Below are positions 40,891 through 52,071 of a stretch of 64,000 nucleotides of DNA, one piece after another. Below the pieces are notes generated by a model, which saw only the letters and a program-made list of their open reading frames with translations, had not been told where the DNA came from and did not search any database. This stretch comes from Squalus acanthias (Eukaryota). Position numbers and translations under genes: made by a program. Position 1 is the stretch's first letter. Each line of letters begins with the position of its first letter. Where the stretch lies: contig CM059432.1 of assembly GCA_030390025.1 (NCBI GenBank), positions 10,850,001 through 10,914,000 on the forward strand. The letters are read 5' to 3'.

Positions 40891-40993
40891 AAAAGATAAC
40901 CAGTCTGGTGTGTGTGAGAGTCAGACACACTGCCAGTGTATTCTGTGAGAAGTTGCACAACACCAGGTTATAGTCCAACAGCTTTATTTGAAA

Positions 40994-41030
40994 TCACAAG
41001 CTTTCGGAGCGCTGCTCCTTCGTCAGGTGA
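40994..41030 (-). ncRNA. Minimal type I hammerhead ribozyme motif (inverted arm)
   Basis: Exact reverse complement of 41422-41458. Confidence 0.8.
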
Positions 41031-41421
41031 AGTGAAGAGATGCAGAAAGTCACAGCATATTTAGTCAGAGAACACTGCCAGATGATTACAGTTAATCTTT
41101 CCAACTGCCCTTTAACCCCACCTGACGTAGAGTCATCCAGACTCGAGCCGTCGTTGGCTGTTCTCTCTACACAGATGCGGCCGGACCTGCTGTGATTACC
41201 AGCAAAAAAAGTTTTTTGTTTTCCATATAGACCCCAGCATCTGCCAGATTGTCTTTGATGTAATGTTTTCCTGACTGACCTGTTTGGACACCATCCACAC
41301 CTTTGATTGCCGTGATTATCTCTCTGCCGAGGTGTGATAAAGGGCAGTTGGAAAGATTAACTGTAATCATCTGGCAGTGTTCTCTGACTAAATATGCTGT
41401 GACTTTCTGCATCTCTTCACT

Positions 41422-41458
41422 TCACCTGACGAAGGAGCAGCGCTCCGAAAGCTTGTGA
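41422..41458 (+). ncRNA. Minimal type I hammerhead ribozyme motif
   Basis: tcac-CTGACGA-a-GGAGC-agc-GCTCC-GAAA-gc-TT-gtga: stem I tcac/gtga, both core boxes, stem II, palindromic AAGCTT stem III as in Penelope-associated minimal hammerheads. Activity untested. Confidence 0.8.
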
Positions 41459-41493
41459 TTTCAAATAAAGCTGTTGGACTATAACCTGGTGTT
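41442..41493. repeat. 52-bp target-site direct repeat (also 48051-48102, 55225-55276, 62422-62473)
   Basis: GCTCCGAAAGCTTGTGATTTCAAATAAAGCTGTTGGACTATAACCTGGTGTT is identical at all four Tx1 junctions. Confidence 0.97.
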
Positions 41494-41558
41494 GATCTTT
41501 TTGGTTGAACCCAAATTTACTGTAAATCAAATTAAAACTTTAAATGAAACTTAATAAA

Positions 41559-44500
41559 TCAAATTAAAATTTGAAAGTCCGGGGTGACGATGCACTCCAG
41601 TCCCCGCGGCGCCCACCGGTCGCGGAAAAACTCAAGCGTGCCGGCGGACACCGCGTGCTCCATCTCCAGGGCCACCCGGGCGCGAACATGGCCGCGGAAG
41701 AGAGGCAGGCAATCGGGCCGAACGACCCCCTCGATCGCCCGCTGCCTGGACCAATTAATGGCTTTCTTGGCCAGGCCCAGGAGCAGTCCTACGAGGAGGT
41801 CCTCCGACCTACCCTCTCCCCTCCGCACCGGGTGACCGTAGATCAGGAGCGTGGGGCTGAAGTGCAACCAGAAATTGAGGAGCAGCCCCTTTAGATAATG
41901 AAAGAGGGGCTGCAACCTCTCACATTCAACATAAATGTGATAAACGGACTCCTCCAGGCCGCAAAAATGACAAGCAGCCTGGGAGTCCGTAAACCTACTT
42001 AAAATCCTATTGCACGGGACTGCTCCGTGCAACACCCTCCAGGCCAAGTCCCCAATAGAACAAGGGAAGACTCCCGCGTAGAGAGCCTTCCAATGGGGAC
42101 CTTCGCCTCCGCCGGACGGCAGGATGGTACGCCAAGGCGTGTCCGGACGGCAGACGAAGATGGCAAAGTGGAGAGTGTGCAGGAGCAGCCCGTACAGGAA
42201 ACGCCTCCGTGCGGATTGAAAGGGCACGGAGGGCATTTCTCCGAGAAGGCTCAAGTGGTGAGGCGGCGGCTCCCGAGGGAGGATTCGGGGCCGGGCGCCG
42301 ATAAGGAATTCCGTCCGAACGGGGGTCAGTTCGGACGGGATCGCCCCACGTGCTTGAGCCTCCTCGACACACCTAGTGGAGACGGGGCCCAGTGCCACTT
42401 TTAGCGACTCGATGGCTTTGACCGCGAGCCGGACGTTGACCCAAGACATGCGCCTCGCCAACTCCTCCGGCGCCATCCAGCCCGCTCCTCCGCCATCGAG
42501 CAGGTCCCCGACTCTGGTCACCTTACCGGGCACAGCCCTGCCCTCCGCCAGCCAGCCGAACCCGCGGTCGTGGAGGTGCGGATTCCTGAACAGCGGCTCC
42601 CGAAGGACGGCCGCCGCTCCTGACGGGGGAGAACTGCGCTCGGAGGCGACGCTGTTCCAAACCCATAGCAGTTCCTGGTAGAAGACAGGCAGCTCCCGCA
42701 GGCTGGCACGCGTGCCACCCACTCTCACAAACAGGAGCTGCGTGTCGTAATTGAGGCCGTGCAGCTGGCGGAAGAAATACGTCGCCAGCGCACGCCACCT
42801 AGGAGGATTCTCCACGTACAGGTATCTCTGCAGCGTCTGAAGACGGAAAGTCGCCGCCTGGGTGCGAAGGCACACCAGCGCCTGACCGCCCTCCCTAAGC
42901 GGGAGACTCAAAACCGCGGCAGAGACCCAGTGCTTCCTTTTGTCCCAGAAGAAGTCGACGAGCTTCTTCTGCATCTTGGCGACAAACGCAGGGGGAGGGA
43001 TCAAAGTGACCAACCGGTACCACAACATGGCGGCCACCAGCTGGTTTATGACCAGCGCTCGACCCCTGTAGGACAACACTCGGAGCAGTCCTGTCCAGCG
43101 CCCTAGGCGAGCGGTGACTTTGGCCTCCAGCTCTTGCCAGTTCGCCGGCCAGGCGTCCTCGGCCGGGCTGAGGTAGACTCCCAGGTAGAGGAGGTGCGTG
43201 GTGCTCCAGGCGAAAGGCCCGAACTCCTCCGGCAGGGAGTCCACCCGCCATGGGCCCACCAGGAGTCCAGAACATTTCTCCCAGTTGATCTTGGCGGAGG
43301 ATGCGTCCGAGTAAATCTGCTGGCATTCTCGCATCCTCCGCAAGTCGACGGGATCCGTGACCGCGAGGAGCACGTCATCGGCGTAAGCCGAGAGGACCAC
43401 CTCCACGCCCGGCCCTTGCAGAGCCAGTCCCGTCAACCTCTTCCGCAAGAGGCGCAGGAAAGGCTCCACGCAAACTGCGTATAACTGACCGGACATGGGG
43501 CATCCCTGACGCACTCCCCTCCCGAAGCGAAGGGGCGCCGTCAAAGACCCGTTAACTTTAATGAGACACTCCGCGGCGGCGTACAGAAGTCGGATCCGGG
43601 CGACGAAATGCGTCCCGAACCCGAACGCGCGCAGAGTCCCGAAAAGATACTCGTGATCCACCCTGTCGAACGCCTTCTCCTGATCCAGGGAAAGGAAGGC
43701 GACCGACAGACCAGCCCTCTGGGAATGGTGGACCAGGTCCCGGACCAGATGGATGTTATCGTGGATACTCCGGCCCGGGACCGTGTAGGACTGGTCGGGG
43801 TGGATCATGCGGGCCAGCACGGTGCCAAGGCGAGCAGACATAGCCCTGGCGAAAATTTTGTAGTCCGTGCTGAGGAGGGAGACCGGGCGCCAGTTCTTAA
43901 GTAGGCGGAGATCGCCCTTCTTGGGCAGCAGGACGATGACCGCCCTGCGCCAAGAGAGGGGCATCTCCCCGGTCGCCAGACTTTCCCCCAGGACCCGCGC
44001 GTAGTCGTCCCCCAAGACGTCCCAGAACGCCCTGTGGAACTCCACGGTCAGCCCGTCCAGCCCCGGGGACTTGCCCCTCGAGAGCTGGCGCAGGGCGCCG
44101 GTCAGCTCCGCCAGGCTTAGCGGAGCTTCTAAATTCTCGGCGCCCTCCGGGCCGACCTTCGGCAGGTCCTCCCACAAAACTCTGCGCGCATCCTCGCTGG
44201 ACGGATCCGAAGAGAACAGAGCCCCGTAATAGGCCCGGGCCTCCGCGCTGATGCCCTCCGGATCCGAGACCAGAGATCCGTCGTCGGCCAGCAGCCCCAA
44301 GAGCTGCTTACGGACCCCCCGTCTTTTTTCCAGCGAGTAGAAGAAGGGGGAGCCGCGGTCCAGGTCCCGCAGGAACTGGATCCGCGACCTCACGTACGCG
44401 CCTCGGGACCCGACCAGCTGCAGGTCCTTCAGCGCGCCCTTCTTCTCTTCGTACACCTTCCGCAGGGCCGGGTCCTCGACGACCTGACCGAGACGGGACT

Positions 44501-45459
44501 CCAGGTCGAGCACTTCTTTCTCCAATCGCCCGACCCGGGCCTCCCGCCTCTTGGTCGACCCCTTCGCGTACTCCTGACAGAAGACGCGGACGTGAGCCTT
44601 GCCCACGTCCCACCATAGCCTCAAGGAGGGGAAGCCTCCCCGCTTCCTTCTCCAGTCGGCCCAGAACCGGCGAAACGAATCCCGGAACCGCGCGTCCTCC
44701 AGCAGCAGGTTGTTAAAATGCCAGTACGCGGACCCCCCCCCGCGCGCGCAGCGGAGCGAGCTCCGCCCACACCAGGTGGTGGTCCGTGCACGGCACCGGC
44801 CGCATGGAAGCCGCCGGAACGCAGGAGACGTACGCCCGGGAAATGTAAAGGCGGTCGATTCTGGACCTTCCTCCTCCAGACCTCACGCTCGTGAAGGCGC
44901 TGGAGTCGGGATGGAGATTTCGCCAGACGTCCACCAAGTCGAAGGACCCGACCAGGTCCCGCAACTTCTCCATCGCCGCCGGGCTTCGCGGGGGACCCGA
45001 CTGGTCCCGCGCCTCGAGGGTACAATTGAAATCCCCCCCGAGGATGACGCACTCGCCCACGTCGATGGAGCCCAGAAGAGCGGACACTTCTCCGAAGAAG
45101 CGCACTTGCTGCGCACCGGTCCGGGGGGCGTACACGTTCACTAAATGGAGCGGCACGCCTCCCAGGCGAACAGTGACCTGGAGCAAGCGGCCCGGCACGT
45201 GCTCCTTGACCCTCAAGATCTCCGGCTGAAAATGCGGGGCCAGCAAGACAGCCACCCCGCAGGAATTGTTGGAGAGGTGACTCATGCTGACCCCTCCTTG
45301 CCACTCCAGGAGCCACGTGGCCTCGTCTCCCGGAACGGTGTGGGTTTCTTGCAGGAAGCACACCGCATATTTCCCGTCCCGAAGGACCGAGAAGTTATTG
45401 AATCTACGGCGCGCCTCCCTGCTGCCGTTGATGTTGAGGCTGGCTATGGTTATCTTCAT
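41559..45459 (-). pseudogene. Tx1 ORF2 copy 1, single +1 frameshift between endonuclease and RT
   Basis: C9 instead of C8 at 44733-44741 splits EN (44713-45477) from RT/CCHC (41559-44624); otherwise open. Confidence 0.8.
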
Positions 45460-45484
45460 CTCAGAAGCATAGTGCAACCTCTAC

Positions 45485-47050
45485 CTAACGGAGGGGAGGG
45501 AGGGCGGTCACTGACGACCGCCACTCCCTCAGCAGCCCAGTGTGGAACGTCTTGAGCCGACGCAGCTCGAGCCGGTCAACGTCCTTGTCCGCGCCCATGA
45601 TTTTAACGGCGGCGCGGACGGACACGACGAGCAGCGTCAGCTCCGACCACTTGTCGAGGGCCAGCCGGATCTTCTTGTGACGACCCTGGCTCATGGCCAT
45701 AAAATCCCGGAGTTCCCCTACGGGGATGAGGGGAGAGTCGGTGAAGGGCACGAGGGCGTCCATCACCTCGCTGCCGATGGACTCCAAATCGTCCTCGTTG
45801 CCCAACACCGAGTCCCCGTCCTCCTCCGGGAGGTCGTCACCGACGGCCGACCCGTCCGTCGCACGGGGTGCAGCGAACGGCTCGGCCGCACCGGCCGGCC
45901 CCGCCTCCGTCACGATCCCACCCCCAGGATCGGTGGCAGAGGAGTCCACCCTGGGCTCCTTCAGGGGCGCCGGGCCGGGAGGCGGCGGCGGCGGTTCGGG
46001 GCCCCCCCCCGCCTCAGGCGCCGGGGCGACCGGAGAAACCGGGGAGAAAATAATCCCAAATTCCTCCAGCACGTCCGGCGCCAACATCAGAGACGGAGTC
46101 AGGGGGCTTTCTGTCTCCCCGCCACCAACCTCCGACCCAGCGGGCTGGGGATTGCTACACTCCTCCACCAGGTCGAGCAGTCCCTGGGAGATATCTGGGT
46201 TATAAAAGGCGGGCTCGGCTTCAGCCTCTTTGGCCTCGCCCACCCCAGTCCCCAGGACGCCCGACCCGCCGGAGGCCGTGGTGGAGTTGGCCTCCGATTT
46301 CGACCGCGCATCCGTCGCCGTCGACGCGCGGACAGTATCAGGGGGAGGGGGGGCGGCGGCGCCAACCCTGGCCGCGCCAGGTGTCGTGGCGGCCTTGGAG
46401 GCGGGGCAGTTTTTGCGGACGTGCCCCACCTCCTTACAGGCGTAGCACCGCACGCCGTCCGAGGTCCAGAAGACGCGGTGGGCGGTCCCCCCGTGGAGCA
46501 CCGTGAACGCGCCGTCCGCGTCCTCCTCCCGCGCCAGCCGGACGAAAAGCTGGCGCCGGAAGGAGAAGACGTGCCGAAGGCTGGCTTCCCGGAAGCCGAG
46601 CGGGATGGGTGTGATCCCCGACCTCACCTCCCCCAGTTGACGTAGGTGGGGGAGGAGGAGCTCACCCGGAACAAAGGGCGGGACGTTGGAAACCACAATC
46701 CTTTGCGCGGTGGCCTCAAGGGGGTCCACCGGCAGGAAGGTCCCGCCCACGGTGAGCCCCTTCTCGATGGCCAGGGACACCGCCCGCTCCGACCCCAGGA
46801 AGAACACAGCCTTGCCGTACATTTTAGAGGCGGCGACGATGGCTGAAGGGCCGACAACCCCAGCCATGGCTTTAACGCACGCCTCTATAGTCATGTTGGG
46901 GTGAGTGTAGCTCTTGACCCCATTCTTCCTCGTAAGGAGGGTAAAAGGTGACGGGGTAACAGGAGGACTCGTGGCTGCGGCCGTGGCCGCGGCCGCCACG
47001 CTCGCATACGTCCTCGCTGCCCCCGCCACCGACGAAGATGTACTCGCCAT
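45485..47050 (-). CDS. Tx1 ORF1p copy 1 with 197-aa in-frame deletion
   Basis: 531 versus 728 aa in the ORF track; the deletion joins TTASGG to SGVLG at a CCCG microhomology (~46265). Confidence 0.85.
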   Translation of the reverse strand: MASTSSSVAGAARTYASVAAAATAAATSPPVTPSPFTLLTRKNGVKSYTHPNMTIEACVKAMAGVVGPSAIVAASKMYGKAVFFLGSERAVSLAIEKGLTVGGTFLPVDPLEATAQRIVVSNVPPFVPGELLLPHLRQLGEVRSGITPIPLGFREASLRHVFSFRRQLFVRLAREEDADGAFTVLHGGTAHRVFWTSDGVRCYACKEVGHVRKNCPASKAATTPGAARVGAAAPPPPDTVRASTATDARSKSEANSTTASGGSGVLGTGVGEAKEAEAEPAFYNPDISQGLLDLVEECSNPQPAGSEVGGGETESPLTPSLMLAPDVLEEFGIIFSPVSPVAPAPEAGGGPEPPPPPPGPAPLKEPRVDSSATDPGGGIVTEAGPAGAAEPFAAPRATDGSAVGDDLPEEDGDSVLGNEDDLESIGSEVMDALVPFTDSPLIPVGELRDFMAMSQGRHKKIRLALDKWSELTLLVVSVRAAVKIMGADKDVDRLELRRLKTFHTGLLREWRSSVTALPPLR

Positions 47051-48170
47051 AATGGAGGGTTCTTTAAGGGCTACACTCACCCCAAGTCACAGGCCTGAAG
47101 GTGTTAATGGCCTCGGTTTTTTTTTTTGTTTTAGTTTTCCCCTGAGCAGAGGGAGCTCTTAAATTGAAGGCACACCTCTCCCTTTAGTTGATTGAGTTGG
47201 GAGAGGGGCCTTCTCCCCTCTGCTCAATGGGTACTTAATTAAAAAGATAATGAGGTGCCTCTTAGAGAGAGAGAGGCAGAGAGAGACAAGAGACAAAGAG
47301 AGAGAGAGAGAGAGAGAGGGGGGGGTGGGAAGGAGGGAAGCCGCAAGGGCAGGGTCGCCACTCAGGATGGTGGGTGGGTGGGTGTTGGCAGGGGGGTGCA
47401 CTCTCCGATGTAATAAAAGTCTTTGGTGGTGGTCTTCTGGTGGGGGGAGAAGATGTCTTCACCTGGGACAGCTGGAGATGCCCAGGCTCAGTCCTGCACC
47501 AGGTCTTAACGATGCCCAATAATATTAAATTAATTGGGGACTTCACCTAGGCAGCTCCAGCTGTCCCAGGTCAGGCAATGGGAAAGGGGTGTTTAATATG
47601 GTGTGTGCGGCCTAGCTTTTACAAAAGCCACACACACACACACACCCCTTGGATGTTCCGGCCCTCTTCTTATCTTCTTTCCTCCCCCCACCTACAAAAC
47701 AAAGTCTCTGGGAGAGTGCACCAGAATCACACCCACCTGTAGCTGTTGTTCTTTCCTTCCTTCCTCCTTCCAAACAGATGATGGATGTTGTGTTGTTTTC
47801 TCCCCTCTCTCCCTCTCCTAAAATGGAGGCCAATTGAGGAGGCAGTGATGGGAAAGGCCTCTCCTCTGTTGTTAATGTCCTTGGCCTTCCTTTCTTTTCT
47901 TTCTCCTCTCCTGTCCTCTCTCTCCAGGCACCTCAGTTGTGGTTGTTGGTTGTGGGTTGGTGGTGGTCTGCTATCTGGTCTCCTTCTCCTTCTCCTCTTC
48001 CTGCTCACAGAGACCACCACTCTGCTGCTGCTGCTGCTCCTTCGTCAGCAGCTCCGAAAGCTTGTGATTTCAAATAAAGCTGTTGGACTATAACCTGGTG
48101 TTGCTCTTTTTGGTTTGTCAAATCAAAATTTACTGTAAATCAATTAAAACTTGAAATGAAACTTAACAAA

Positions 48171-51100
48171 TCAAATCAAAATTTGGAAGTCCGGGGTGAC
48201 GATGCACTCCAGTCCCCGCGGCGCCCACCGGTCGCGGAAAAACTCAAGCGTGCCGGCGGACACCGCGTGCTCCATCTCCAGGGCCACCCGGGCGCGAACA
48301 TGGCCGCGGAAGAGAGGCAGGCAATCGGGCCGAACGACCCCCTCGACCGCCCGCTGCCTGGACCAATTAATGGCTTTCTTGGCCAGGCCCAGGAGCAGTC
48401 CTACGAGGAGGTCCTCCGACCTACCCGCTCCCCTCCGCACCGGGTGACCGTAGATCAGGAGCGTGGGGCTGAAGTGCAACCAGAAATTGAGGAGCAGCCC
48501 CTTCAAATAATGAAAGAGGGGCTGCAACCTCTCACACTCAATATAAATGTGATAGACGGACTCCTCCAGGCCGCAGAAATGACAAGCAGCCTGGGAGTCC
48601 GTAAACCTACTTAAAATCCTATTGCACGGGACTGCTCCGTGCAACACCCTCCAGGCCAAGTCCCCAATAGAACAAGGGAAGACTCCCGCGTAGAGAGCCT
48701 TCCAATGGGGACCTTCGCCTCCGCCGGACGGCAGGATGGTACGCCAAGGCGTGTCCGGACGGCAGACGAAGATGGCAAAGTGGAGAGTGTGCAGGAGCAG
48801 CCCATACAGGAAACGCCTCCGTGCGGATTGAAAGGGCACGGAGGGCATTTCTCCGAGAAGGCTCAAGTGGTGAGGCGGCGGCTCCGAGGGAGGATTCGGG
48901 GCCGGGCGCCGATAAGGAATTCCGTCCGAACGGGGGTCAGTTCGGACGGGATCGCCCCACGTGCTTGAGCCTCCTCGACACACCTAGTGGAGACGGGGCC
49001 CAGTGCCACTTTTAGCGACTCGATGGCTTTGACCGCGAGCCGGACGTTGACCCAAGACATGCGCCTCGCCAACTCCTCCGGCGCCATCCAGCCCGCTCCT
49101 CCGCCATCGAGCAGGTCCCCGACTCTGGTCACCTTACCGGGCACAGCCCTGCCCTCCGCCAGCCAGCCGAACCCGCGGTCGTGGAGGTGCGGATTCCTGA
49201 ACAGCGGCTCCCGAAGGACGGCCGCCGCTCCTGACGGGGGAGAACTGCGCTCGGAGGCGACGCTGTTCCAAACCCATAGCAGTTCCTGGTAGAAGACAGG
49301 CAGCTCCCGCAGGCTGGCACGCGTGCCACCCACTCTCACAAACAGGAGCTGCGTGTCGTAATTGAGGCCGTGCAGCTGGCGGAAGAAATACGTCGCCAGC
49401 GCACGCCACCTAGGAGGATTCTCCACGTACAGGTATCTCTGCAGCGTCTGAAGACGGAAAGTCGCCGCCTGGGTGCGAAGGCACACCAGCGCCTGACCGC
49501 CCTCCCTAAGCGGGAGACTCAAAACCGCGGCAGAGACCCAGTGCTTCCTTTTGTCCCAGAAGAAGTCGACGAGCTTCTTCTGCATCTTGGCGACAAACGC
49601 AGGGGGAGGGATCAAAGTGACCAACCGGTACCACAACATGGCGGCCACCAGCTGGTTTATGACCAGCGCTCGACCCCTGTAGGACAACACTCGGAGCAGT
49701 CCTGTCCAGCGCCCTAGGCGAGCGGTGACTTTGGCCTCCAGCTCTTGCCAGTTCGCCGGCCAGGCGTCCTCGGCCGGGCTGAGGTAGACTCCCAGGTAGA
49801 GGAGGTGCGTGGTGCTCCAGGCGAAAGGCCCGAACTCCTCCGGCAGGGAGTCCACCCGCCATGGGCCCACCAGGAGTCCAGAACATTTCTCCCAGTTGAT
49901 CTTGGCGGAGGATGCGTCCGAGTAAATCTGCTGGCATTCTCGCATCCTCCGCAAGTCGACGGGATCCGTGACCGCGAGGAGCACGTCATCGGCGTAAGCC
50001 GAGAGGACCACCTCCACGCCCGGCCCTTGCAGAGCCAGTCCCGTCAACCTCTTCCGCAAGAGGCGCAGGAAAGGCTCCACGCAAACGGCGTATAACTGAC
50101 CGGACATGGGGCATCCCTGACGCACCCCCCTCCCGAAGCGAAGGGGCGCCGTCAAAGACCCGTTAACTTTAATGAGACACTCCGCGGCGGCGTACAGAAG
50201 TCGGATCCGGGCGACGAAATGCGTCCCGAACCCGAACGCGCGCAGAGTCCCGAAAAGATACTCGTGATCCACCCTGTCGAACGCCTTCTCCTGATCCAGG
50301 GAAAGGAAGGCGACCGACAGACCAGCCCTCTGGGAATGGTGGACCAGGTCCCGGACCAGATGGATGTTATCGTGGATACTCCGGCCCGGGACCGTGTAGG
50401 ACTGGTCGGGGTGGATCATGCGGGCCAGCACGGTGCCAAGGCGAGCAGACATAGCCCTGGCGAAAATTTTGTAGTCCGTGCTGAGGAGGGAGACCGGGCG
50501 CCAGTTCTTAAGTAGGCGGAGATCGCCCTTCTTGGGCAGCAGGACGATGACCGCCCTGCGCCAAGAGAGGGGCATCTCCCCGGTCGCCAGACTTTCCCCC
50601 AGGACGTCCCAGAACGCCCTGTGGAACTCCACGGTCAGCCCGTCCAGCCCCGGGGACTTGCCCCTCGAGAGCTGGCGCAGGGCGCCGGTCAGCTCCGCCA
50701 GGCTTAGCGGAGCTTCTAAATTCTCGGCGCCCTCCGGGCCGACCTTCGGCAGGTCCTCCCACAAAACTCTGCGCGCATCCTCGCTGGACGGATCCGAAGA
50801 GAACAGAGCCCCGTAATAGGCCCGGGCCTCCGCGCTGATGCCCTCCGGATCCGAGACCAGAGATCCGTCGTCGGCCAGCAGCCCCAAGAGCTGCTTACGG
50901 ACCCCCCGTCTTTTTTCCAGCGAGTAGAAGAAGGGGGAGCCGCGGTCCAGGTCCCGCAGGAACTGGATCCGCGACCTCACGTACGCGCCTCGGGACCCGA
51001 CCAGCTGCAGGTCCTTCAGCGCGCCCTTCTTCTCTTCGTACACCTTCCGCAGGGCCGGGTCCTCGACGACCTGACCGAGACGGGACTCCAGGTCGAGCAC

Positions 51101-52046
51101 TTCTTTCTCCAATCGCCCGACCCGGGCCTCCCGCCTCTTGGTCGACCCCTTCGCGTACTCCTGACAGAAGACGCGGACGTGAGCCTTGCCCACGTCCCAC
51201 CATAGCCTCAAGGAGGGGAAGCCTCCCCGCTTCCTTCTCCAGTCGGCCCAGAACCGGCGAAACGAATCCCGGAACCGCGCGTCCTCCAGCAGCAGGTTGT
51301 TAAAATGCCAGTACGCGGACCCCCCCCCGCGCGCGCAGCGGAGCGAGCTCCGCCCACACCAGGTGGTGGTCCGTGCACGGCACCGGCCGCATGGAAGCCG
51401 CCGGAACGCAGGAGACGTACGCCCGGGAAATGTAAAGGCGGTCGATTCTGGACCTTCCTCCTCCAGACCTCACGCTCGTGAAGGCGCTGGAGTCGGGATG
51501 GAGATTTCGCCAGACGTCCACCAAGTCGAAGGACCCGACCAGGTCCCGCAACTTCTCCATCGCCGCCGGGCTTCGCGGGGGACCCGACCGGTCCCGCGCC
51601 TCGAGGGTACAATTGAAATCCCCCCCGAGGATGACGCACTCGCCCACGTCGATGGAGCCCAGAAGAGCGGACACTTCTCCGAAGAAGCGCACTTGCTGCG
51701 CACCGGTCCGGGGGGCGTACACGTTCACTAAATGGAGCGGCACGCCTCCCAGGCGAACAGTGACCTGGAGCAAGCGGCCCGGCACGTGCTCCTTGACCCT
51801 CAAGATCTCCGGCTGAAAATGCGGGGCCAGCAAGACAGCCACCCCGCAGGAATTGTTGGAGAGGTGACTCATGCTGACCCCTCCTTGCCACTCCAGGAGC
51901 CACGTGGCCTCGTCTCCCGGAACGGTGTGGGTTTCTTGCAGGAAGCACACCGCATATTTCCCGTCCCGAAGGACCGAGAAGTTATTGAATCTACGGCGCG
52001 CCTCCCTGCTGCCGTTGATGTTGAGGCTGGCTATGGTTATCTTCAT
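48171..52046 (-). pseudogene. Tx1 ORF2 copy 2, frameshifted
   Basis: +1 in a C-run (C9 versus C8) at ~51320, 24-bp in-frame deletion at ~50600 (DVLGDDYARVLGES to DVLGES), 1-bp deletion at ~48885; split into three ORFs in the track. Confidence 0.85.
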
Positions 52047-52071
52047 CTCAGAAGCATAGTGCAACCTCTAC

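Larger units (their letters stand above)
40944..41493. mobile_element. Non-autonomous Penelope-like element with ~170-bp inverted arms (left part; continues at 62474-62526)
   Basis: 40944-41114 is the reverse complement of 41338-41493 plus 62474-62488 with one mismatch seen; the arms carry hammerhead motifs; the spacer holds a second Penelope-type repeat (cagatgcggccggacctgctg). Confidence 0.75.
41494..48050 (-). mobile_element. Tx1-clade retrotransposon, copy 1 (internal ORF1 deletion, ORF2 frameshift)
   Basis: Near-identical to copies 2 and 3, about 590 bp shorter; flanked by 52-bp repeats at 41442-41493 and 48051-48102. Confidence 0.95.
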
